From Planctomycetota bacterium (GTDB taxonomy: Bacteria > Planctomycetota > UBA11346), in the NCBI GenBank assembly GCA_038213805.1, contig JBBQSO010000038.1, positions 1 through 49,106 on the forward strand: a stretch of 49,106 bases of DNA. Direction: 5' to 3'. Shown in pieces: positions 18,701 through 27,400 of this stretch. Both the position numbers and the translations under genes were made by a program. How positions within the stretch are numbered: position 1 is the stretch's first letter; every line of letters starts with the position of its first letter. The notes under the pieces were generated by a model. That model ran no database searches and was not told the DNA's origin. It saw only the letters and a list, made by a program, of their open reading frames with translations.

Positions 18701-19380
18701 GTGTCGAAGCGGGTGACGCCGACGGACATGGCGATGGCATTCAGCGAGTGGCGCCCGTCGAGGTAGCGCAGCACCTTGAGCATCTCGGGGTCGGTCTGCA
18801 CGTTCTTGAGATTGGCGCGGCCATCGTTGTCGACGATGTACAGGGCATCGGGGTCGGTGATGACCTCGCGGATGCGTTTCCACTCGTCCATGCGGCGCGT
18901 GGCTTCCATCACCAGCTGCGTGGTCTGCACCATCGCGTTGCCCATCGCCACCACGTCGAGTGAGGTCAACTCCTGGACTGGCGCGCCGTCGATGAAGGTG
19001 AAGTCGCCTTCTTGCCATTCGAACACCGGGCACACCAGCTCCTCGATGCACCACGCGCTCATCTCGTCGAGTTCGTAGTCCGCCACCGCTCCGGACGACA
19101 GCACCAGATCCCTCAGCGGTTGGTTCGAGGCGCGCAGCTGCTGGCTGAGTTCGTCGGCCTTCTCGGCAGCGAGCTGGCCCTTGTGCACCATGGCATCGAG
19201 CAGGTACGGACGGTTGTTCACCACGGGCGCCGAGCACATGGCGATCTGGCCCTGGTCGAAATAGATGTGCACGCTCGTCACCGGCCCGGACACCGCGAGC
19301 GTCCCGGTCTGCCGATTCATGTTCAGCGTCTGGAAGATGTCAGTCAGGTTGACAGAGCTGAGCTGGCCTTGGAAGCCCAT
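15790..19380 (-). CDS. DUF4388 (PATAN-like) + TPR + TM + PQQ/BamB-like beta-propeller protein
   Basis: GQLSSVNLTDIFQTL...TGTL...IYFDQG...FEWQEGDFTF...MEATRRMDEW; TPR helices; TM ILVYVAIVALAATAMVFGW; C-terminal WRF/LHCLDPLTGSERW propeller repeats. Confidence 0.85.
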   Translation of the reverse strand: MGFQGQLSSVNLTDIFQTLNMNRQTGTLAVSGPVTSVHIYFDQGQIAMCSAPVVNNRPYLLDAMVHKGQLAAEKADELSQQLRASNQPLRDLVLSSGAVADYELDEMSAWCIEELVCPVFEWQEGDFTFIDGAPVQELTSLDVVAMGNAMVQTTQLVMEATRRMDEWKRIREVITDPDALYIVDNDGRANLKNVQTDPEMLKVLRYLDGRHSLNAIAMSVGVTRFDTFAIVAQLVLAGVARPKTAQEVVDDAVSLMQQGDMQQAKELLDNAIRQAPIPEVMRPLAECCVKLNQAPRAVELYLELIQMAQDQGDLPNALADLDTVINLSPDDPDLHFERGQIQAELGQVEPAAASYATAAQTYLARKDLPRAIDACHRAKNLLPRSPEPHRYLARAYLLEGQTENAVVEYKSLWHALLTGERPKKALDTLRAILDADCKYNNVKDQVLGHAQNSEAIKTSKAARILVYVAIVALAATAMVFGWEYYHGHVIKQYGESKVNDFEATLTSGMQSGRHLQLLEELDDLKTKYGTNSEVSRRLEERRTQIEKDFEARAGLEFQRADAAREAGKYEEAEAIIGEMKVKYQNTQSASNADTILEAIHFERIKSQVSTKMKEAESLWNNLNWDGAIAILQTILDRKDLPASLREDYTRSMAEWSDASKSAQKLYERAQRYEQNGSKHEVLTAFRRAATGQGEQWADKARARVLSIELEMAHDLGKLAADAANRGDDQATFTQVDELATLAKEASGRTVGDYYATLELPFTLQMDSNRVQLSIKRPGAEESRVSAPAGKRGSWSERITYRVNESVTVEASRPGFSPQKFSIDVKGRKTQAVVSLSRGWRWRTDLSGASATRPIVAQKLVLLGTDKGTLEMIDPVLGANREVKFPNNIAEFTVAPFVYQDRAYAVLDDHVFAVDLNSRVRLWQWPQSLNAQDRLNGHLWVQEHEIKPGQLLVFAATIKAGLQIIEVDPTGATRAYPKLASDADITGAPFVDHPAGMSILYVPAGTSLIAYDISEITELSPPRKLYTLQSRGDLIGKLVKAKVADRDSLMVSDMSGVVMAFDCDRNVPDSKRVVAAWPIDGTSPSTPVLLPGQPVAFVSVAEGRIVAIDLAHPGQLLWRFPAQGSLGTLPGSPAIGAHGVYIADGKGLLHCLDPLTGSERWKADVGGAAVGGVLAYDGRVFVPTKAGQLVCFEEGDE

Positions 19381-19688
19381 CGGTGTATCCGAGTGTCGGT
19401 GTGAGCGGGAAAAGCGCGAGCGGCGTGCTTGGAAGGATACACCAGACTAGGCGGGAAACCCAGTAGGGTAAGCGCTTTCCAACCCCGCGAGGGCCATCGG
19501 GCGGGTGATCCACCGCGGTCGTTTCGCACGTCGGTCGCGAGCGCGGCCGTTCCGCTCATTCCAGATGTGGACGGGCGCGTTCACGCCGAGTGGCGGACCC
19601 TGGCACCGCGATGAGAAAACGTCCGGAATCGATCCTCGCTCACGTTCCCTCCGCCTCCGGCTGACGACGACGGATGACGGACGCTGAT

Positions 19689-20204
19689 TTAGAGATTGCC
19701 GAACAGCGAGTCGAGCTGGTCCTTCATCGCTTCCGAGAATCCGGCGCCCAGGGTCTGCTGCTGATCGCTCGGGGCGCGCTTCGACGCTTCGACGAGGACT
19801 CCTTCGAGCTGGGTCGAGAGCTCCTTGCACAGCACTTGGATCATTCCCGGCTTCACCTGGCTCGAGAACACGCAGACCTGGAGAGTGCGCTCGCCGAGCA
19901 GGGTGATGTGGATGCTCTGGCCCGTGCCTTGATGGAACAGGACGCGGAACTCCTTCTCTCCGAGCAGCCTGGCGACCTCGCGCGTCGAGGCGAAACTACC
20001 CGCGACGAGCGCGGCGAGAGCGCTGGAATCGTGGCTCTGGTGGAATCCCTGACGGGCCACCATGTGGCCTTCCTGGTCGATGAGCAGGGCGGATTGCGCG
20101 TTGGCCTTCTTCACGAAAGCGAGCAGGACGCCATTGATCTTGTCGATGTCGGCGGCGTAAAAGACCAGTCGCCGCAACTTCAGGGCCTCGTTTTCGCTGA
20201 CCAT
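19689..20204 (-). CDS. mglB: MglB-type roadblock/LC7 GTPase-activating protein
   Basis: LVFY..DIDKIN...ANAQSALLIDQEG...SSALAALVAGSFASTREVARLLGEKEFRVLFHQG...LDSLF closely follows Myxococcus MglB; TAATG overlap with mglA. Confidence 0.9.
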   Translation of the reverse strand: MVSENEALKLRRLVFYAADIDKINGVLLAFVKKANAQSALLIDQEGHMVARQGFHQSHDSSALAALVAGSFASTREVARLLGEKEFRVLFHQGTGQSIHITLLGERTLQVCVFSSQVKPGMIQVLCKELSTQLEGVLVEASKRAPSDQQQTLGAGFSEAMKDQLDSLFGNL

Positions 20205-21787
20205 TACGGGCTCCCCGCCGGGGTCGTGGCTGGAGGAGCCGCTGGAGGCTCGGCGACCGGCGTGTTCACGGGTGCCGGAGTCGGTGCTGGTGCTTCCTGA
20301 GCCGGGGTGGCGGCGGGGGCGGCAGCGACCGGGGGAGCAGGTGACGGCGTAGGCGCGGCGGCGGGAGCCGGAGTCGGCGGGGTGGCGGCTACCGGAGCTG
20401 CCGCGGTCGGAGCCGCGGCGATGGGAGCGGTGGCGGCCGGAGCCGCCACCGCCGGCGCGTCGGGGAGGACGGGCGCAGGGGTATGCGCCACCGGCGCTGC
20501 TGGGGTCGTTGGCGCGCTGGCCACCGGCTCGGCCGAGCTCGCCATGGGCAGGGCAGCGGAATGGGCCTGCGATTCGCCCATGAACATGCGCTGCATGTTC
20601 GGCGGCAGCTGGGCGCGTACCGCCGGGACGAACATGCACAGGATGAAGAGGATGATGATGGCGATGACCAGGAAGATCAGGACCAGCAACATGGCGCGGA
20701 CGGCTCCGCCGCCCGACTTGTTCTCTTGGTAACGGCGCAGATTGGGATCGGTCGAACCGAGATCCGGATTGGCACCGGCGGCACGCTTGTCGATAGCCGG
20801 CGGCTTGGCCTTGGCGAGATGCTTGTCCTTGGGGCTGAGGTCCTCGGGTGGGGGCACCACCGCGTTGCCTCCCGCCGGAGTCGGCGTGTAGTTCGGGCGT
20901 GGCGGCACGCCTTGCGAGCGCGGAGGCACCACGGGAACGCCGCGTTCAGAACCAGGGCGCCCTTGGATCTGCGTGGCTGGGGCGGCCGGGCGTTGGGGAA
21001 GGCGCTGCTGACCGAGCGGAGTGGTCGAGGTGCCTTGCGGGAGTTGCTGGGGTACCTGCGGGCGCTGCGCGACGCCGGTGGGCACGCCCGCCTGCATCGG
21101 CGGCAGCTTGTTGGCGCCGCTCGGGCTCTGTACCGGCACGCCCTGCGAGGGACTCTTGCCTTCGAGATTGGTGGCTGTGCGCCGGCGGGTGGACGCCGGC
21201 GCATGCTCCTTGTTGAGCTTCTCGATCACCAGGCGGCTGATCTCCTTGAGGGTGGCGAACACGCCCTTGCCCTCGCGCGCGACGCCCTCGAACACCGGAG
21301 CGTTCATCGGGTTCATCTGCGCGTTCATGTCGGGGATCGACATCGCCGTCGGCAGATCGCGCTTGTTGTATTGGAGGACCACCGGCACGTCGTCGAGGGT
21401 GAGACCCATCTCGGCGAGATTGTCGCGCAGATTCTGCAGCGATTCGAGGTTCTCCGGCATCTTCTCGGGAGACGAGTCGGCGACGAAGATCACTCCGTCC
21501 ACACCTTGGAGCACCAGTTTGCGGGTGGCGTTGTAATAGATCTGCCCAGGCACGGTGTAGAGCTGGAACTTGGTGCGCATGCCGGCGACCTGCCCGAGAT
21601 CGAGCGGAAGGAAGTCGAAGTACAGCGTGCGGTCGGTCTCGGTGGCGATCGACACCATTTCGCCGACGGCGTCTTTCGGCGCCTTCTTATGGATGATCTC
21701 GAGATTGGTCGTCTTCCCGGACATGCCTGGTCCGTAGAAGACGACTTTGCAACTCACTTCGCGTTGGCCGAAATTGATCTGAACCAT
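20204..21787 (-). CDS. mglA: MglA-family small GTPase fused to a Pro/Gln linker, TM helix and Pro/Ala-rich tail
   Basis: CKVVFYGPGMSGKTTN, TETDRTLYFDFLP, YTVPGQ, QYNKRDL in the first ~195 aa; TM AMLLVLIFLVIAIIILFILCMFV. Confidence 0.93.
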   Translation of the reverse strand: MVQINFGQREVSCKVVFYGPGMSGKTTNLEIIHKKAPKDAVGEMVSIATETDRTLYFDFLPLDLGQVAGMRTKFQLYTVPGQIYYNATRKLVLQGVDGVIFVADSSPEKMPENLESLQNLRDNLAEMGLTLDDVPVVLQYNKRDLPTAMSIPDMNAQMNPMNAPVFEGVAREGKGVFATLKEISRLVIEKLNKEHAPASTRRRTATNLEGKSPSQGVPVQSPSGANKLPPMQAGVPTGVAQRPQVPQQLPQGTSTTPLGQQRLPQRPAAPATQIQGRPGSERGVPVVPPRSQGVPPRPNYTPTPAGGNAVVPPPEDLSPKDKHLAKAKPPAIDKRAAGANPDLGSTDPNLRRYQENKSGGGAVRAMLLVLIFLVIAIIILFILCMFVPAVRAQLPPNMQRMFMGESQAHSAALPMASSAEPVASAPTTPAAPVAHTPAPVLPDAPAVAAPAATAPIAAAPTAAAPVAATPPTPAPAAAPTPSPAPPVAAAPAATPAQEAPAPTPAPVNTPVAEPPAAPPATTPAGSP

Positions 21788-21827
21788 GGGTTGTCCGATG
21801 CGTGGGGGGTCGGCGGTCCGGCGTGCG

Positions 21828-22181
21828 TCAGGTCGCCAACGTCAGGCGCTGAGTGATGCGTTCGACGAAAGGCTTGGTCTCCAGCTGGAGCAGGGCGAGA
21901 TTCGCCGACGGATCGATGACGATCGCGAGGAACGCCGGGCCGGTGGAGAGCACGACGATGCCGCCCAGCTCCGAGGCGGCGTTGAACGCGGCGAGCTTGC
22001 CGAGCTGGTAGTTGGAGCAGATCTTGTTGGTGCCCTCGAGCAGGTTGCCGATCGAGGCCGCGAGCTGGTTCTCGTCGGTGCCCTGGCGCAGGGCGGATGC
22101 CATGACCAGGCCCTCTCCGGAGACCAGCATGGTGCCGCCCACGCCGCGCACGCGATTGAGCTGTTGCAGGAGGTCGTTCAT
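21828..22181 (-). CDS. Roadblock/LC7 domain protein
   Basis: LNRVRGVGGTMLVSGEGLVMAS...LAA...ANLALLQLE; 117 aa; TGATG overlap. Confidence 0.85.
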   Translation of the reverse strand: MNDLLQQLNRVRGVGGTMLVSGEGLVMASALRQGTDENQLAASIGNLLEGTNKICSNYQLGKLAAFNAASELGGIVVLSTGPAFLAIVIDPSANLALLQLETKPFVERITQRLTLAT

Positions 22182-23041
22182 CAGGCGGCCCCGAGGTCGA
22201 TGAGGGTCTGGCGGGCGCGCAGCTCGAGCATGGCCGGACGGACCGTGACATCGGCGAGCACCACCACGCTGAATGCGCGATCGCGCTGGAAGGTGAGCAC
22301 CTGTCCGGCTCCGCCGGTCAGCGCCCAGGTCGAGAGCTTCTCGATGCCGACCACGGTCAGCGCCGCTTGGGCCGATCGGGCGACGTCCGCCGACAGCGCG
22401 GCGAGCAGCTCGTCCTGGCCGGCGGCGAGATTCTTGGTCACGACCACGCGGCCGTGCATGTCCACCACCAGGGCCCCGCGCACTCCGGGCTCTGCGCACA
22501 GCGCATCGAGTGTCGCGGTGCGCGAGCCCGTGGAGGCCTTGATCGCGGTGGTCATGGGACCCTGGAACGGCATCAGGGGTTCATTCCCGAGCGAGCTCTT
22601 GCCAGCGGCGCCAGCGGCCGCGGCTGGCGAGGGGGCGATGCCGTGGGCCTTCTCGAGTTCGGCGATCTTGGCGGTGGCGGCGGCATCGTTCGGCTTGATC
22701 GCGAGCACCTGCCTCAGGTTCGCGATCGCCTTCGGCACGTCCTTGTCGAAGACCATCATGTCCGCGAGCAGCATGTAGCCGTTGACGCTGCGCGGGTCGC
22801 GCTCGATGCCGGTCTGCAGCAGCTTCAGGGCGTCGTCGCGCTTGCCGCGAGACGACTCGATCTCGGCCAGGATGACGTAGGCCTGGCCGTTGCGAGGGAA
22901 CTCCTTCATGCAGCGGCGGCACACCTGCTCGGCCTCGTCGTTGCCACCCGCATTGCGGGCAAGCTCGGCAAGCCGGTTGTAGAGGGAGGCGGAGGGGAAA
23001 TTCTCCACCTTCTTGCGCAGGCGTTCGAGTTCTGATTCCAC
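22181..23041 (-). CDS. TPR + roadblock/LC7 fusion protein
   Basis: N-terminal TPRs (P.ASLYNRLAE...P.N..AYVILA...P.D); C-terminal PGVRGALVVDMHGRVV...LAAL roadblock domain. Confidence 0.82.
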   Translation of the reverse strand: MESELERLRKKVENFPSASLYNRLAELARNAGGNDEAEQVCRRCMKEFPRNGQAYVILAEIESSRGKRDDALKLLQTGIERDPRSVNGYMLLADMMVFDKDVPKAIANLRQVLAIKPNDAAATAKIAELEKAHGIAPSPAAAAGAAGKSSLGNEPLMPFQGPMTTAIKASTGSRTATLDALCAEPGVRGALVVDMHGRVVVTKNLAAGQDELLAALSADVARSAQAALTVVGIEKLSTWALTGGAGQVLTFQRDRAFSVVVLADVTVRPAMLELRARQTLIDLGAA

Positions 23042-23441
23042 CCGCGTGGTCTCCTGGTGGCGATGCGCACCGATCCGGCACGCCGGCCATGGTCGGCCGA
23101 TGCCGAGCTTTCCATAGCGCTCCCAGGCAGGAGGTGCCCGAGCAAATAGCGCCTAGGATTCGGCTTACACCTGCTCTCTACATAGTGACGGGATGGCGAG
23201 CAGTCAAGGCGACTTGTCAGTTCGGGCTCGGATGCGGAGCGCATGCGTGCCTATTTCCGACCGTCTCGTCCAAGTGAATGCAACCGATGAATCAAAGCGA
23301 TGGCGCCGGCGCCGACTCGTCGGACTCGTCGGATCTGTCAGTGAGGTGTCCCGCTGTCCCGCTGGTCGACCGCCGAACCGCGCGCGTGCCAGCCGGTGCA
23401 ACACATCTTCCCATTGCCATCTCCGGAGCATCCTCCGTCGC

Positions 23442-24338
23442 GTGCGCGAACTGATCTTCATCGTCAACGCCGAGAGCGGCGGCAGGCGCGGCAGGTGGTT
23501 GATGAAGCATTTGCGCACGCTGTTTCCAGAGGATCGGGTGCTGCCCCTGGCGGGGGTCGACATCGATCGGGCGATCCGACGCAGCCGGGACGAGGACGGG
23601 GCAGTGGTCGCCTGTGGCGGCGATGGCACGGCTGCCTGCGTGCTCGAGGCCTCGTGGCGCGCTGGTGGATCGGTGCCCATCGGCATCGTTCCTCTGGGCA
23701 CCGGCAACGATCTCGCACGCAGCATGGGCTGCCGATCCAGTGGCGGCTTGGTGTTCTCGGCATTGCGCGCGGGAGTCCCGCGCCGCATCGACCGGTGGGT
23801 ACTGCGCGCTCCCGAGGGGGCTCGGCATCCCGAACGCGCCTGGTTCAACTACCTCAGCGTCGGCTACGATGCACGCGTAGCGCACCGTTTCCACGCGCTG
23901 CGGCGGCATCATCCCGCCATGTTCCGCTCGCCGACGGTGAACAAGGTGCTCTACGGGATGGTCTCGCTAGGTGAGCGGGGCGGCCCAGTCGCGGGCGCGG
24001 TGCGACTGCATGCCGCCGGCCCGATCGCGGTGCCGGCCTGGTCGGGGGCGGTGGTGCTGGCGAACATCGCCAGCTACGCAGGCGGGACCCGGCTCGGGTC
24101 GGGCATCCTACCCGACGACGGATCGCTCGACGCCTTCGCGCTGCCTGCCGGCCTGGCGATGGGCCTGGCGATGGGCGGGATCCGCCGTGCCCACCGGCTC
24201 GGCGCGCATCGCCGCGTCGACATGCACATCCTCCACGCGGTGGCGATGCAGATCGATGGCGAGCCGCTCATCGCTGGGCCAGGCCACTACCGAGTGATCC
24301 ATGGCGGGACCGTCCAGGTGCTGGTCCCGCCAAGCTGA
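23442..24338 (+). CDS. Diacylglycerol/lipid kinase family protein (eukaryotic DGK-like)
   Basis: IVNAESGG, ACGGDGT, PLGTGNDLAR, NYLSVGYDA, NIASYAGG, QIDGEP; GTG start inferred. Confidence 0.88.
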   Translation: MRELIFIVNAESGGRRGRWLMKHLRTLFPEDRVLPLAGVDIDRAIRRSRDEDGAVVACGGDGTAACVLEASWRAGGSVPIGIVPLGTGNDLARSMGCRSSGGLVFSALRAGVPRRIDRWVLRAPEGARHPERAWFNYLSVGYDARVAHRFHALRRHHPAMFRSPTVNKVLYGMVSLGERGGPVAGAVRLHAAGPIAVPAWSGAVVLANIASYAGGTRLGSGILPDDGSLDAFALPAGLAMGLAMGGIRRAHRLGAHRRVDMHILHAVAMQIDGEPLIAGPGHYRVIHGGTVQVLVPPS

Positions 24339-24339
24339 T

Positions 24340-24363
24340 CATCAGCCCATCAGCCCATCAGCC
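24340..24363. repeat. Short tandem repeat (catcagcc)x3
   Basis: Directly after the DGK stop codon. Confidence 0.6.
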
Positions 24364-24444
24364 CTCGACCGACCGATCGATCGACCTATGGGGCTCATCG
24401 GCCACAGCGTTGCGCATGGGCCCGATCCCGTGGTATCCTCGTGG

Positions 24445-27400
24445 ATGGACCAGCCTGAGGCAGGGACCTCGTCCCCACGGGCCGGCCCGGGCGATAGCGA
24501 TACTCGCGCGACCGGTCCATACGGACGAACGGTGTCGGCGGAGCAGTTCAGCGCCGCCGGCGTGGAACCGCTGGCCACACCGCCCGCCGGCGCGGACTGG
24601 CCGAGGCTCAACGGCATCAACGTGACGCGCCGCCTGCGCCGTGGCGGCACGTCCTCGGCGGATGGCGACGCGCGTTTCCAGGTCGAGAGCCTGCTGGGCG
24701 TCGGAGCGACCGGCGAGGTCTATTCCGTCCTCGATCGCAACTTGCGTCGGCAGGTCGCCATCAAGGTGCTCAACCGCGAATTGATCGACGATCACGACCA
24801 GGTCACCGGGTTCGTGGACGAGGCGCGCATCACCGCCTCGCTCCAGCATCCGAACGTGCTGCCCGTGCACGAGATCGACGTCACCGAGGAGGGCCAGCCG
24901 TACTTCAGCATGAGCCGCATCGAAGGCTGCTCGCTCGGCTCGGTCATCGCCCAGTCCTCACCCGGCGCCAGGCACGCCAAGATCGCCACCGCCAACTCGG
25001 TGGTCAGTACCATCCTCGCGGTCTGCCACGCCATCTCGTATGCGCATCACCAGAAATTGGTGCACCAGGACATCAAGCCCGACAACATCATGCTCGGCGA
25101 TTTCGGCGAGGTGCTGGTGCTCGACTGGGGGAGCGCGGTGCGCATGGATGCCGATGGCAAGGTGCGGACCCGGATCTACGGCACGCCGCTGTACATGAGT
25201 CCCGAGCAGGCGCGGCGGGAGCATTCGGACGCGACCAGCGACATCTACTGCATCGGCGCCACCCTCTTCCACGCCTTGACCCTGAGGCTGCCGATCTGGT
25301 CGGATGATTCGGAGGCGTTCTGGAACATGAAGCGGCGAGGCGATATCGCGCCGCCCGACGAGGCCGAGCGGGCGGCGATGCCGGCTGAGCTGCTCGAGAT
25401 CGCGCTCAAGGCGATGGCTCCGGTGTCCGGCGACCGCTATCCCGCTCTCGAGGCCATGCTGCGCGACCTCGAGCGCTTCCAGGCCGGTCTCGCGGTCAGC
25501 GTGCATCGCGATTCCCTGTGGCGCCGCTTCAGGCGCTGGCACAGACGCAACGCCAAGGTGTTCTGGATCTCCGCGGCGGCCGCGTCGCTGGTTGCCGCGG
25601 CCGCGGGGGTAGTCGCCATCGACAAAATCAAGGAACTCACGGTCTGGCGTCCGGTCTGCATCGAGGACTTCTCCAGGCCGGCGGAAGCGCTGGCCGAACA
25701 CTGGGTCGGTCGCTACCGGACCGACAACTCCAATATGACCTTCTTCGATGCGCCGCTCACCGACGGCGATTTCTTCACCGTCCACGATGGCGCGCTCCAC
25801 GTCGCCACCGACAAGCCAGTGCCGAAGCTCGGCAACCGCAAACCCATCGTCGACGTCGCGTATGTGCCGGGCCTACGCGGCAACATCCGCGTCGAATGGG
25901 ACTACTCGTCAGAGCTGAACAACCGCAATTTCAACTGTTTCATGGCCGGCAGGAACCGCGAGGACGGCTTCACCTTCCATGTCGGAGGCTTCGGCGATCC
26001 CTCCAGCGTGGTGCTGACCAAGGGGAACAACTACATCCATCTGGTCCACGACATCTGTCCGAGTCCGCTCGCAGTCGGCAGGGTGTACCGCTTCGCGATG
26101 GAGCACGAGGATCGCCACGTGCGCCTGTTCATCGACGGCCATCGCGTCGTCGACTACATCGACGCCGAGGACTTCGGCAGTGCCATCGAGCAGAGCTTCG
26201 GCTTCGACTCCTATTCGGACTCGCGACTGGTGATCGACAACGTCAAGGTCTACCACCAGTCCCTGGCGCAGCGCATCTCGCCGATCCAGGTCGGCGACCG
26301 CTTCTTCCAGCTCCAGCAGTATGAGGAGGCAGAGCGGCAATACGCCGAGATCGCCGCGTCGTATCCCGGTACCAGCCTCAGACCGCAGGCGCTGTTCAAG
26401 CTCGGCATCTGCGCTTCGCGCCGGAATCACCGCGAGGATGCCGAGCGCAAGCTGGCGGATTTCGAGAAGGAGTACCAGGGCCACGAGCTGGTGCCGTTCT
26501 CCATGTACGAACGCCTAGCGCTCGCCCGGGCCGGGAAGTCCGAGGAGGCGGTGGCGCGCATCCGTTCAGGGCTCATCGCATTCAAGGGTCATCCCATCCT
26601 GCGCCAGGTGCTGATCGAGATCGGGCAGGAGCAGCTGCCGATGCTGCGCGCCACGCCCGCCGTGGTGTTCGGGGATCTCCCATATCCCGAGGACATCGTG
26701 CGGCGCATCGAGGAGGAGTACGCCGTGCTTGAGCGGTGGGCGAAGGATTATGGGACTTCGCTCGACAAGAATCCGTTCACCAGCTCCGCCCCGGAAGTGC
26801 TGGAGCGCTACGGCGATTACGCCTTCATCTTCGCGCATTGCGCGGAACAGGAGAGCATCGTCGCGCGTGCGCTGATGCGCATGGGACGTTTCGAGGAGGT
26901 GATCAGGCGTTTCCCGAAGGATTCCGGCCACCGCGCCCAGGCGCTGAACAACCTCGGACGATTCGACGAGGCCTTGGCGTTGCCGGGACTGCCCACCGGC
27001 GATCTCGAGTGGACCCTGTTCCTCAGCGGCGACATCGCCCGGCTCGAAGCCGAGCAGCCATCCGCGTGGGCGTTGAACCGGATGAAGTCCCGCGCTGGGC
27101 GTGGGTCCGAGGTCCTCGCCGTCGTGCAGAGTCCGTCGAACGAGTTCGAATTCGGCTACACGCAGCGGGCAGAGGCCCTGATCGCACTCGGCCGCGCCGA
27201 CGAGGTACTGCGGGACTACCACCATCCCGCCGCTCACGCTCGCGCGTTGGTGGCCTTGAAGCGTTACGAGGAAGCGATCGTGGCGAATCCCGCGGACACG
27301 GTCGCGTGCCCGATGGCCGGGCTGGGGATCTTCATCGACGGCAATGCGCAGCGCTGGCGAGAAATCCAGGCGGTCCTGGATCGCCTGCAGCCCAATCTCG

